This document shows positions 18,863 to 27,368 of a stretch of DNA of 29,040 nucleotides, in pieces; position 1 is the first letter of the stretch; every line of letters starts with the position of its first letter. Below the pieces are notes generated by a model. The model was not told the DNA's origin, did no database searches, and saw only the letters and a list, made by a program, of their open reading frames with translations. Source of the DNA: Sulfurimonadaceae bacterium. GTDB taxonomy: Bacteria; Campylobacterota; Campylobacteria; Campylobacterales; Sulfurimonadaceae. Both the position numbers and the translations under genes were made by a program. The stretch is from NCBI GenBank assembly GCA_041548245.1, contig JBFESZ010000015.1:1-29040 (forward strand). The letters run 5' to 3'.

Positions 18863-19485
18863 TGAATTTTTTGGAAGCGATGAATTTCAGACATGCCTGT
18901 AAGATATTTGATGAGAATAAGAAGATCCCAAAGCAACTCTTGACAAACATCTTAGAAGTCGGTCGACTGTCCCCTTCATCATTCGGAATGGAACCATGGA
19001 AGTTTTTAGTTATTCAGTCGCAGGATATGAAAGAGAAACTGCGTCCTTCGTGTTGGAACCAAGTACAGATCACGTCATGTAGTGACTTGATCGTATTTGT
19101 TACAAAGAACAAAATGGTTGAACCGGGTTCGCAATATGTGCAGGAGCAGTTCAAACGCAAGGGACTGCCACAGGAGAAATACGATGCCTATATTGATATA
19201 TACGGCAGTTTCTTAGGTGCAAAGGCACAAGGCAATCCCAATTTTTATAAGGATTGGACGGCAAAACAAGTCTACATCGCTATGGGAAACATGATGACTT
19301 ATGCAGCGTCAGAAGGAATAGACTCTTGTCCTATAGAGGGTTTTGATCAAAAAGAGGTCGAAGAGACTTTAGGTATTGATGGAAAAGATGAGTCCGTCGC
19401 AGTGATTGTCGCTTTTGGATCAAGATTAAATGAACAGCCGGTCAAGACCCGTCGTCCTCTGAACGAGATATGTACTTATATATAA
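18862..19485 (+). CDS. NAD(P)H-dependent nitroreductase family protein (RdxA/FrxA/NfsB-like)
   Basis: FRHACKIFD, RLSPSSFGMEPWKF, GIDSCPIEGF. Confidence 0.93.
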   Translation: MNFLEAMNFRHACKIFDENKKIPKQLLTNILEVGRLSPSSFGMEPWKFLVIQSQDMKEKLRPSCWNQVQITSCSDLIVFVTKNKMVEPGSQYVQEQFKRKGLPQEKYDAYIDIYGSFLGAKAQGNPNFYKDWTAKQVYIAMGNMMTYAASEGIDSCPIEGFDQKEVEETLGIDGKDESVAVIVAFGSRLNEQPVKTRRPLNEICTYI

Positions 19486-19498
19486 GTCTACCCTTTTA

Positions 19499-19520
19499 GT
19501 CTAAGTTCTTCAACTTAGAC
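19499..19520 (+). terminator. Hairpin after the nitroreductase gene (probable terminator)
   Basis: GTCTAAGTT-CTTC-AACTTAGAC, perfect 9-bp inverted repeat followed by a pyrimidine-rich stretch. Confidence 0.5.
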
Positions 19521-19550
19521 GATTCCTTTCAAACCTCTTTAATTATAACA

Positions 19551-19559
19551 TGCTAAAAT
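19551..19559 (+). promoter_or_regulatory. Extended -10 (TGCTAAAAT) for the speE-coaE-dapF operon
   Basis: TGnTAAAAT about 70 nt upstream of the ATG at 19631. Confidence 0.55.
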
Positions 19560-19630
19560 CCCGCTAATTAAAATATAGACTCAAGACTCTTTTGATGTGG
19601 CAAGAAAGTCTAAACTAGGAAGAATATACA

Positions 19631-20176
19631 ATGAATAAAGATTTTATCTATAACGAGATGATGGCACATGTGCCAGTGTGTTCACACAAGGCACCAAAAA
19701 GTGTTCTTTTGATAAGCAATGCTCCTGAAGGTATTAAAAGTGAGTTGGAGCGTCACAATAGTTTAAGTATCACGGTAGGTGGACTAGACAGTATTGCCAA
19801 TGGTGCAGACAACAGTTTTGACATCGTCATCATTGATTCTGCTTCAGAAATCTCCCGTGCTACCTATGCGCACTTAAATCGTATTGTAAAAGAAGACGGG
19901 CTTATTTCAGCTCTAAACGTTTCACTGGATGATGAAGAGAAGACAAAAGAGCAGTTGAACGCTATTGGCGAATATTTTAAAGTTGTCATGCCGTATCGCG
20001 CGGAAGATAAAACGATGATCTTGGCTTCTAAAGAGTACCATCCGACAGCGGATGTCATCTTGCATCGTGCAGACCTGATAGACGGTCTTTCTTACTATAA
20101 CTGTGATATTCATGTCTCAAGTTTTGCTATGCCAAACTACATTCGTTCAGCTTACAAGGGCATCATCAAAAATTAA
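19631..20176 (+). CDS. speE: Spermidine synthase-like protein (short, degenerate)
   Basis: FIYNEMMAHVP...PKSVLL, FDIVIIDS, ASK.YHP, YYN..IH...FAMP; lacks the GGGDG motif and the N-terminal beta domain. Confidence 0.8.
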   Translation: MNKDFIYNEMMAHVPVCSHKAPKSVLLISNAPEGIKSELERHNSLSITVGGLDSIANGADNSFDIVIIDSASEISRATYAHLNRIVKEDGLISALNVSLDDEEKTKEQLNAIGEYFKVVMPYRAEDKTMILASKEYHPTADVILHRADLIDGLSYYNCDIHVSSFAMPNYIRSAYKGIIKN

Positions 20177-20793
20177 TGAGCAAACTGTATGAGTATGCTA
20201 TTGCGCTTACGGGCGGAATCGCCACAGGAAAAAGTACAGTAGCGAGCATTATGAAGCTCTATGGCATTCAGGTGATTGATGCCGATGATATTGCCCATGA
20301 GCTCTTGGATGAGCATCACGAACAGATCGCGCAGATGTTTGGTGAGGAGTTCGTTCGCAAAGGCAAGGTCCTCCGTACAGAATTGGGTAAGGTCATCTTC
20401 AGTGATATTGCCAAAAAGAGAGAACTTGAAGCTTTTATCCATCCTCTTATTCGTATAGAGATAGAAAAACGTGCCAAAGTATTTGATGCACGTGAGTTTC
20501 CCTATCTTATCGATATTCCTCTGTTTTTCGAAAATGCTGCTTATGACATCAAAGACAGCGTGGTCGTCTATACTCCTCCAGAGATCCAGCTTCAGCGTTA
20601 TATGAAACGAAACAATTTGAGTGAAGACGAGGCGATGATACGGATCAATTCACAAATGAGTATTGATGAGAAGAAGAGACGCTCGACCTGGGTTATCGAT
20701 AATAGTTCAAACCTAAAACATCTTCAGGCAGAATGCGAGGCATTTGTCGATAGAATCAAGCAGGATTACAACTACAGTGAAAGGTACAAATAG
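20176..20793 (+). CDS. coaE: Dephospho-CoA kinase
   Basis: ALTGGIATGKST, IDADDIAH, IHPLIR, DIPLFFE, SQMSI, VIDN. Confidence 0.96.
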   Translation: MSKLYEYAIALTGGIATGKSTVASIMKLYGIQVIDADDIAHELLDEHHEQIAQMFGEEFVRKGKVLRTELGKVIFSDIAKKRELEAFIHPLIRIEIEKRAKVFDAREFPYLIDIPLFFENAAYDIKDSVVVYTPPEIQLQRYMKRNNLSEDEAMIRINSQMSIDEKKRRSTWVIDNSSNLKHLQAECEAFVDRIKQDYNYSERYK

Positions 20794-21537
20794 ATGAGAC
20801 AGGTCGCAAAATACTCTGCAAGCGGAAACGATTTTGTTATTTTTCATAGCTTTGCAAAAGAGGACTTTTCAGAACTTGCCAAGAGGCTTTGTCACCGCCA
20901 AGAAGGAGTGGGGGCGGATGGTCTGATCGTATTGGTCCCTCATGATACCCTTGACTTCGAGTGGTGCTTCTATAATGCCGATGGTTCATCCGCTGAGATG
21001 TGTGGCAACGGAAGCCGTGCTTGTGCGCATTATGCCTTTGACAACGGCTTGGCTGCTAAAGAGATGAGGTTTTTGACCTTGGCAGGCGAAATTGCCTGTA
21101 AAGTCGATGGAAATCGTGTTCAAAGTGATCTTACTCCTCCAAAGATTTTGGATAAGATGATTGAAGAGGGTGGAAAACAGTGGTGGCTTATAGATACGGG
21201 TGTCCCGCATCTGGTGACCTTTGATGCGGATATCGAGAATTTTGATCTCGCAGAAGCACGTGAGCTGCGTTACAAATATAATGCCAATGTGAATATCGCT
21301 TCAATAGAAGCAGATCATATCCGTGTACGCACCTATGAGCGTGGGGTTGAAGATGAGACACTGGCATGCGGAACGGGGATGGCGGCATGTTTTTATCGTG
21401 CCAATCAGGAGAAAAAAGTTTCAGACAAGATGATTGTTAAGCCAACGAGTCAAGAAGAACTTTCACTGGGATTGCAAGATGGTATAATAACTTTTACCGG
21501 AGATGTCAGGAAAGTGTTTGTTACACAAATAAGTTAG
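20794..21537 (+). CDS. dapF: Diaminopimelate epimerase
   Basis: SGNDF, GADG, NADGSSAEMCGNG, DTGVPH, ERGVEDETLACGTG. Confidence 0.97.
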   Translation: MRQVAKYSASGNDFVIFHSFAKEDFSELAKRLCHRQEGVGADGLIVLVPHDTLDFEWCFYNADGSSAEMCGNGSRACAHYAFDNGLAAKEMRFLTLAGEIACKVDGNRVQSDLTPPKILDKMIEEGGKQWWLIDTGVPHLVTFDADIENFDLAEARELRYKYNANVNIASIEADHIRVRTYERGVEDETLACGTGMAACFYRANQEKKVSDKMIVKPTSQEELSLGLQDGIITFTGDVRKVFVTQIS

Positions 21538-21561
21538 ATAATGTAGGTTGAGGGGGATTAA

Positions 21562-22311
21562 TTGTTAAGGCATTTACTCATCTTACTCCTTATGTTTTCT
21601 ATATCCAATGCTCTTGAATTAGGTTTTGGCAACGATTACTACAAGATTAAAGACCCAAAGCTAAAGAAGGCTGCTTTTGTCAATATCCTTCTTCCCAAGA
21701 TTAAACATGCTCAGAAGAAGATTATGTCAGATCGCATCTTTATTGAGAAATTCTTCAAGCAATACCTTTTTACCTATAGTCTTAAAAGCCGAACGGACCT
21801 TCTAAGACTTATTAAAATCTCTAAGAAATATCGTATTAAGCAGATGTATAATGAAAGTGAGTATCTTCAAAAAGTCGATATTGTTCCTATCTCACTGGTC
21901 CTGGCCCAAGCCGCTGTTGAAAGTGCCTGGGGGGAGAGTCGTTTTGCACGTGAAGGTAATAACCTCTTCGGTGAATGGACATGGGGAAAGAAGGGAATGG
22001 TTCCAGAGAATCGGGATGAGGATGCCAATCATAAACTCCGTATCTTTGAGACGCTCGAAGATTCAATCGCTCGTTATATGCTGAACTTAAACCGTCACAG
22101 GTCCTACAAGGATTTTCGATTTCTGCGTGCGAAGTACCGAAGGGAAGGAAAACCTTTTACGGGTTTAACGGCAGCAAGTACAATGACGAACTACTCACAA
22201 AAACGAGAAGCGTACAACCGTTTATTGCTTAAGGTGATTAAAGGAAATGGTTTTATGGATTATGAGATCAACCGAAGAAGAGCTCCTTCTTTGGGACAGA
22301 GAAGGTCTTGA
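21562..22311 (+). CDS. Glucosaminidase (GH73 / Bax-like) domain protein, exported
   Basis: Signal peptide; LAQAAVESAWGESRFAREGNNLFG, YMLNLNRH..Y, YS motifs. Confidence 0.88.
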   Translation: MLRHLLILLLMFSISNALELGFGNDYYKIKDPKLKKAAFVNILLPKIKHAQKKIMSDRIFIEKFFKQYLFTYSLKSRTDLLRLIKISKKYRIKQMYNESEYLQKVDIVPISLVLAQAAVESAWGESRFAREGNNLFGEWTWGKKGMVPENRDEDANHKLRIFETLEDSIARYMLNLNRHRSYKDFRFLRAKYRREGKPFTGLTAASTMTNYSQKREAYNRLLLKVIKGNGFMDYEINRRRAPSLGQRRS

Positions 22312-22333
22312 TTTATCTTAAACACGTGAGAGA

Positions 22334-23401
22334 TCACTTTTTATCTATGGCGTCTTTTGCCCCTTTAATAGCCCCATCAATCACTGAACGTGCCACGCTC
22401 CAAGCATGAATACCCATCTTTTTGGCATCTTTTGCTTTTTTGGACTGTAGTATGACCGAACTTTTTTGCATAGCCTCTTTGGCAAGATGGGAAAGTTTAT
22501 CACCCAGTATCTCTAATGTCTCTTTCGAGATCAGTGCAAGCTCTTGCATATCATAACGGATGTCGGCCAGAACATTCTCAAGTTCACCTCTGATAGCAGG
22601 GTTGCTTTGAGCACTGATGGCCTCTATCGTCTGTATGAAAAGAGTGTCTGTATGGTGCAGCTCATCATACAGGGCCTGAGGATCGTCGATAAGTGCCAGT
22701 TTGACTTCATCGGGTGTGAACAGAAACTTCTGCTTGAAACGGTCAAGTGCTCGGATAAGGCCTGCACGTACTCCTTTGATGGTTCCTTCAAGTATGATAC
22801 CGGCAGAGTTTGGCGTGGCTTCGGCAACCTCAATGGCTGTCCTGAGAATGGTAGAGATGACATGACGTATTCTTATGGCCGAGATGATTCCTTCATCCAG
22901 GGTCTGAAGAGTAATCTCTTTTGCGAGCTCTTCAATTGTCTCTTCAATATTGGAACCTCTCTCCAAGGTGGTGATGATAGCTGACTCTACCATCTCCTCT
23001 AGGAGGTCGACAAGGTCCATCATCTGAAGTTCTATCTTATGAAGTTTAGAGACGCTTGGACTGTTAGGATCACGCTCTTTTATCAACTCTTCGATGGTAT
23101 TAAAGAGTGCATGCTTCTGACTTTGCACTTCATGACTTTTTTTATCAAGCTGGCGTTCGATACGTTCTTTTTGAAGCAGAAGTTCTTGAAGTTCTGCATT
23201 GAGCTCTTTTGTAGATTGTGTAATTACGGCAGAAGCCAATGTTTTTATCTCATTTGCTTTTGCCTGAGCAATATCAATGCCCCACTCTTTGTTAAGGTGC
23301 TCAATGACATTGTTAATAATCTCTTTTTGCTTTAAGGGGTCTTGTTTCTCAAGTATTGTACATTTGTCTAAAAGGTCACGTTCAAGTTTTTCTATATGCA
23401 T
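22334..23401 (-). CDS. Hypothetical all-helical/coiled-coil protein
   Basis: 355-aa ORF with AAAGG RBS; amphipathic helical composition; no catalytic motif recognised. Confidence 0.8.
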   Translation of the reverse strand: MHIEKLERDLLDKCTILEKQDPLKQKEIINNVIEHLNKEWGIDIAQAKANEIKTLASAVITQSTKELNAELQELLLQKERIERQLDKKSHEVQSQKHALFNTIEELIKERDPNSPSVSKLHKIELQMMDLVDLLEEMVESAIITTLERGSNIEETIEELAKEITLQTLDEGIISAIRIRHVISTILRTAIEVAEATPNSAGIILEGTIKGVRAGLIRALDRFKQKFLFTPDEVKLALIDDPQALYDELHHTDTLFIQTIEAISAQSNPAIRGELENVLADIRYDMQELALISKETLEILGDKLSHLAKEAMQKSSVILQSKKAKDAKKMGIHAWSVARSVIDGAIKGAKDAIDKK

Positions 23402-23429
23402 AGGTCAGCCTTTCTATGATTAAACGCCG

Positions 23430-23461
23430 ACACCCTTTAGGCTAGAGATACAAAAGGGTGT
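23430..23461. repeat. Inverted repeat (9-bp stem, 14-nt loop) between the DUF493 gene and the 355-aa gene
   Basis: ACACCCTTT...AAAGGGTGT. Confidence 0.45.
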
Positions 23462-23473
23462 GTATAATCTTTA

Positions 23474-23743
23474 TTATAACACCATTTTTACTTTTTGATG
23501 TGCTTTGAGGGCTTCAAAAATAAAATTTCTGTCTTCTTCGTTCTGCACCAAGAGTTCAAGGTTCATACTGACGTATTTCCCACCTTTTGAATCTTTGGAA
23601 TGCGTTAGTTTATGAAACCGTTCATTAATGACGTCGAGTACAGCTTCTTTGGTATGGTCTTTATGTTCAGTAATGATCTTATATTTCCAGTTACAAGGAT
23701 AATCAAGTTCTAGCTTCTGATCAAGTTCGTTTATATTCACCAC
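23474..23743 (-). CDS. DUF493 / YbeD (HP0495-like) family protein
   Basis: [25 protein letters not shown]-terminus; likely GTG start at 23743 with AAGGAGG RBS inside the moaC 3' end. Confidence 0.85.
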   Translation of the reverse strand: MVNINELDQKLELDYPCNWKYKIITEHKDHTKEAVLDVINERFHKLTHSKDSKGGKYVSMNLELLVQNEEDRNFIFEALKAHQKVKMVL

Positions 23744-24197
23744 TTTTGCCTCCTTCTTTGGATTCGAGTTGGACATTGGAGATGACCATACTCTTGTCAA
23801 TGGCTTTGACCATGTCATAGATTGTCAACAGTCCGATGCTCGTACCTGTCAAGGCTTCCATTTCAACACCAGTTTGCCCTGTAAGCTTTGCTGTGACATA
23901 GAGTTTGAAGCCAGGAAGGTCGGGAAGTTCCTCAATATCACAGTTAATTCCGGAAAGATTCAGCGGATGGCACATGGGGATAAGTTCACTTGTCTTTTTG
24001 ACACCCATGATTGCGGCGATGACAGCGGTCTGGATAACAGGCCCTTTCTTTGTCTTTTGCTGTACGATAGCATCGAAAGCCTCTTGACTCATTGAAATCA
24101 TACCGCTGGCTACAGCAATACGTGTAGTCTGACTCTTTCCAGAGACATCGACCATTTTTGGTCTGTCATTTTCATCTAAATGTGTTAAGTTCATCAT
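23721..24197 (-). CDS. moaC: Cyclic pyranopterin monophosphate synthase
   Basis: [40 protein letters not shown]. Confidence 0.97.
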   Translation of the reverse strand: MMNLTHLDENDRPKMVDVSGKSQTTRIAVASGMISMSQEAFDAIVQQKTKKGPVIQTAVIAAIMGVKKTSELIPMCHPLNLSGINCDIEELPDLPGFKLYVTAKLTGQTGVEMEALTGTSIGLLTIYDMVKAIDKSMVISNVQLESKEGGKSGEYKRT

Positions 24198-24215
24198 TGT
24201 TACCTTTAAGAGTAA

Positions 24216-24224
24216 ATTATAGCA
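24216..24224 (-). promoter_or_regulatory. Extended -10 (TGCTATAAT) for moaC
   Basis: ATTATAGCA on + strand, 18 nt upstream of the start; AAAGG SD present. Confidence 0.6.
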
Positions 24225-24279
24225 AAAAAAGAAGGTGGGAAAAAGTTCAAAGGCAGCCTTTAGCTGCCTTCAAAGCCAC
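24224..24279 (-). terminator. Intrinsic terminator-like structure after leuC
   Basis: AAGGCAGC-TAAAG-GCTGCCTT hairpin, extendable by GTGG/CCAC pairing, followed by a T7 tract on the - strand. Confidence 0.6.
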
Positions 24280-24318
24280 TCTTTGAAGACACAAAGAGGG
24301 AATCAAAGCAATGAGATA

Positions 24319-25584
24319 TTAAAGATCTTTCGGATCAGTGATATAACCCGTAACAGCAGAAGCAGCTGCTACAGCAGAGTTGGCAAGGTAGATGCCAGAA
24401 CTGCGCGCTCCCATACGTCCTACAAAGTTACGGTTAGTCGTAGCGATAGCCGTTTCACCGTCACCAAGAATACCCATGTATCCACCCAGACATGCTCCAC
24501 AAGTCGGATTGGAGACAACAGCACCGGCATCGATCAGAATATCAAGGTAACCCGCTTTTTCAGCCTGTTTTAGGATCTTTTGTGTCGCAGGAGTGACGAT
24601 CAGGCGCGTACGACGTGCAACACGTCTTCCTTTTAGGATCTCTGCTGCCATCTTCAAATCGGAGAGACGGCCGTTGGTACATGATCCGATAAAGACCTGA
24701 TCAACGGCGATTTTGTCAGCTACAGCCTGGCTTAGAGGTTTTCCATTGGATGGAAGAGATGGGTAGGCGATGACCGGTTCAAGATTGTTGACATCGATCT
24801 CGATGATTCTTGCGTATTTTGCATCTTCATCTGAATAATGGAACTTTGGTTCACGCGCCAGGTCTTTGTCTGCAAGGAAGGCTTTTGTAACATCATCGAC
24901 AGCAATGATGCCGTTTTTTGCTCCGGCTTCGATCGCCATATTACACAATGAAAAACGTCCGTCCATATCCAGGTTTTCAATTGTATCTCCTGTGAACTCA
25001 AGAGCCTGATAAAGGGCCCCGTCCACGCCGATCTGACGGATGACTTCAAGGATAAGGTCTTTCCCGTATACGTTTGGCTGAAGTTTACCGGTAAAGACAA
25101 CCTTGATGGTCTCAGGGACTTTGAACCAGTTCCCTCCTGTGATCATTCCAAAAGCAAGGTCAGTCGAACCCATACCTGTTGAGAATGCTCCCAGTGCACC
25201 GTGTGTACATGTATGTGAATCGGCACCGATAATCACATCACCAGGAACGACCAAACCTTTCTCAGGAAGAAGGGCATGTTCGATACCCATGTCTTTTTCG
25301 TCAAAATAGTTTTTCAGGTCGTGCTTATAAGCGAACTCTCTGGAGATCTTTGCCTGATTAGCAGAGGCAATGTCTTTTGCAGGGATGAAGTGATCAAGTA
25401 CCAGGGCAAAGCCATCTGGATTTGCCAGCTTCTTAGCACCTGATTCTTCAAATGCTTTGATAGAGATCGGAGTAGTGATGTCATTGCCGATGATCATATC
25501 AATATTTGAGCGAACGATCTCGCCAGCATAGACTTTTTTACCTACATGTTCAGAAAATATTTTTTCAGTTATGGTTTGTCCCAT
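24319..25584 (-). CDS. leuC: 3-isopropylmalate dehydratase large subunit (short LeuC/HacA-type)
   Basis: TITEKI, GADSHTCTHG, LCNMAIEAG, FIGSCTNGR, CGACLG, TTNRNF.GRMG. Confidence 0.92.
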   Translation of the reverse strand: MGQTITEKIFSEHVGKKVYAGEIVRSNIDMIIGNDITTPISIKAFEESGAKKLANPDGFALVLDHFIPAKDIASANQAKISREFAYKHDLKNYFDEKDMGIEHALLPEKGLVVPGDVIIGADSHTCTHGALGAFSTGMGSTDLAFGMITGGNWFKVPETIKVVFTGKLQPNVYGKDLILEVIRQIGVDGALYQALEFTGDTIENLDMDGRFSLCNMAIEAGAKNGIIAVDDVTKAFLADKDLAREPKFHYSDEDAKYARIIEIDVNNLEPVIAYPSLPSNGKPLSQAVADKIAVDQVFIGSCTNGRLSDLKMAAEILKGRRVARRTRLIVTPATQKILKQAEKAGYLDILIDAGAVVSNPTCGACLGGYMGILGDGETAIATTNRNFVGRMGARSSGIYLANSAVAAASAVTGYITDPKDL

Positions 25585-25671
25585 AATTTACCTTCTTAAC
25601 GGGTCTTTACCCTTATTTAATGTCGCGATTATAGCGGAAAGTTCTTTATACTATTATGATAAAATTCAATT

Positions 25672-27006
25672 ATGAAATTTTACGCCTTTAAACAGATAGT
25701 CCATTATTTACAGAAGTTCAAGCGCATCTCGGCTGCACACAGGGTGGCAGATAACATTATCAAGATCGCTTTTGACGGAAAAAATGATATCTATTTCGAT
25801 CTGCAAAAAGGTAACAGTGCTATCTATATGCGTCCATCTGATTCGGTTCGTGTCAAGCATTATCAGGCTCCTTTTGATGTGCTATTGCATAAATACTTGG
25901 GGCGTAGTGAGATTGTAAGCATGGAGATTGTGAATAACGACAAAGTGTTGCGTATCGGAGTAAGCCAAAGCGGTGCGTATAAAGCCAACAAAAGCTTTTT
26001 ACAATTAGAGTTTACAGGAAAATATACGAATGCCATCTTATTGGATGAAGAGGGCGTGATCTTAGATGCCTTGCGTCATGTTGATATCATGAACTCTTAC
26101 AGGGAGATCAAACCTGGTATTAGGTTGGAGGCTTTGGAAGCACCGAAGTTTGTTCCAAAAGATGGTGAAAACATTGAGGACATAGAAGCTTATCTGAATA
26201 CGACCTATCTACAGCGAACACAAAAGCAGTTACAGAGCCGGCAGCGTGTTGAAGCCTCCCGTGTTGAAAAAAAGATTACGCGGATGAAAAAAGAGTTGTC
26301 AAATTTGCAAGATGAGCAGAATCTTTTGAAAGAGGCCGAAGAGAACTTTGACAAGGGTAACCTTGCTTTGGCCAATATGCATTTGATTAAACCGTATGCA
26401 AAGTCTGTGAAACTTTATGACTTCTCGGGCACAGAGATTGAGTTTATACTTCCTGAAGGTGCACGTACAGCGGCTGAAGTAGGAGAGCTCTTTTTTAAGA
26501 AGGCAAAAAAAGCAAAACAGAAGGCTTCCAATTTGCATATAGAACGTGAAGGCTTAAGTGAAAAGATAGATTTTCTGGAGCGTTTTAGAGGGAATATAAT
26601 GTCAACGCAAAGCCCTGAAGAGCTGCAACTGCTTATTCCACCGCAAAAGAAGAAAGAGAAAAAAGAGTCACCGAAGTCTTATGAGACCTTTTGGATAGAG
26701 GGGCAGAAAGTTCTTTTGGGTAAGAATAAAAAAGGGAATATTGAACTTCTCAAAATCGCAAGAGCTGGCGACATATGGATGCATATACAAGGCATGCCTT
26801 CAACGCATGTAATCATTCCGACAAACAAACAGAACATCAGTGAAAAAGTCCTGCATGCGGCAGCAAAACTGTGTGTTGACTTCTCGACGACTAAAACAGG
26901 TTCGTTTTTAGTCGATTATACCTATAGACGTGAAGTGAGAGTACAGTTAGAAGCGAATGTTCTGTATAACAACTACAAGACACTGACTGTTCTAAAGGAA
27001 CATTAG
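25672..27006 (+). CDS. NFACT family (RqcH/FbpA-like) ribosome quality-control protein
   Basis: NDKVL and LEFTGKYTNAIL (NFACT-N), central coiled coil, GKN...N...DIWMH....S.HVII and VDYT..R.V (NFACT-R). Confidence 0.9.
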   Translation: MKFYAFKQIVHYLQKFKRISAAHRVADNIIKIAFDGKNDIYFDLQKGNSAIYMRPSDSVRVKHYQAPFDVLLHKYLGRSEIVSMEIVNNDKVLRIGVSQSGAYKANKSFLQLEFTGKYTNAILLDEEGVILDALRHVDIMNSYREIKPGIRLEALEAPKFVPKDGENIEDIEAYLNTTYLQRTQKQLQSRQRVEASRVEKKITRMKKELSNLQDEQNLLKEAEENFDKGNLALANMHLIKPYAKSVKLYDFSGTEIEFILPEGARTAAEVGELFFKKAKKAKQKASNLHIEREGLSEKIDFLERFRGNIMSTQSPEELQLLIPPQKKKEKKESPKSYETFWIEGQKVLLGKNKKGNIELLKIARAGDIWMHIQGMPSTHVIIPTNKQNISEKVLHAAAKLCVDFSTTKTGSFLVDYTYRREVRVQLEANVLYNNYKTLTVLKEH

Positions 27007-27020
27007 ACAAAGGAAAGGTT

Positions 27021-27323
27021 ATGGCAATTGGACCAATCGGCAGTGCAATTTACGTGAATCAGCAGATGGCGGCAGTAGCAAGCGAGCAGAATGCTGTCCA
27101 AAACAAGTTTGATCTTCAAAATCTCGCTGCCGCTACTATAGCCAATGAGAAAGAAGATGAGGTCCAAGAAGTCCGGCCTACCGAAGAGACAGGTGAAACC
27201 AATGAAGATGCCGAGCGTAAAAAACGCGAGGAAGAGGAAAACGAAAAGAATAAAGAGCGCAAGAAAGACGAAGAAAAAGAGACGAAAACTCCGCCGCTGC
27301 ATCATCTTGATATAAAAGTTTAG
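27021..27323 (+). CDS. Small charged hypothetical protein
   Basis: AAAGG RBS; Q/A/N-rich N-terminus, E/K-rich middle, HLDIKV C-terminus. Confidence 0.75.
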   Translation: MAIGPIGSAIYVNQQMAAVASEQNAVQNKFDLQNLAAATIANEKEDEVQEVRPTEETGETNEDAERKKREEEENEKNKERKKDEEKETKTPPLHHLDIKV

Positions 27324-27368
27324 AGAAAGATTTTTCTCTTATAGGCATAATACATTGTACAATCAAGT

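Noticed and set aside
23744..23818. N-terminal extension of the DUF493 ORF in the ORF track
   Set aside because: It lies deep inside moaC, while the GTG at 23743 has a strong AAGGAGG SD
24319..25584. leuC without an adjacent leuD as a novel system
   Set aside because: Split leu genes are not unusual and leuD is probably elsewhere in the genome; this cannot be assessed from the window
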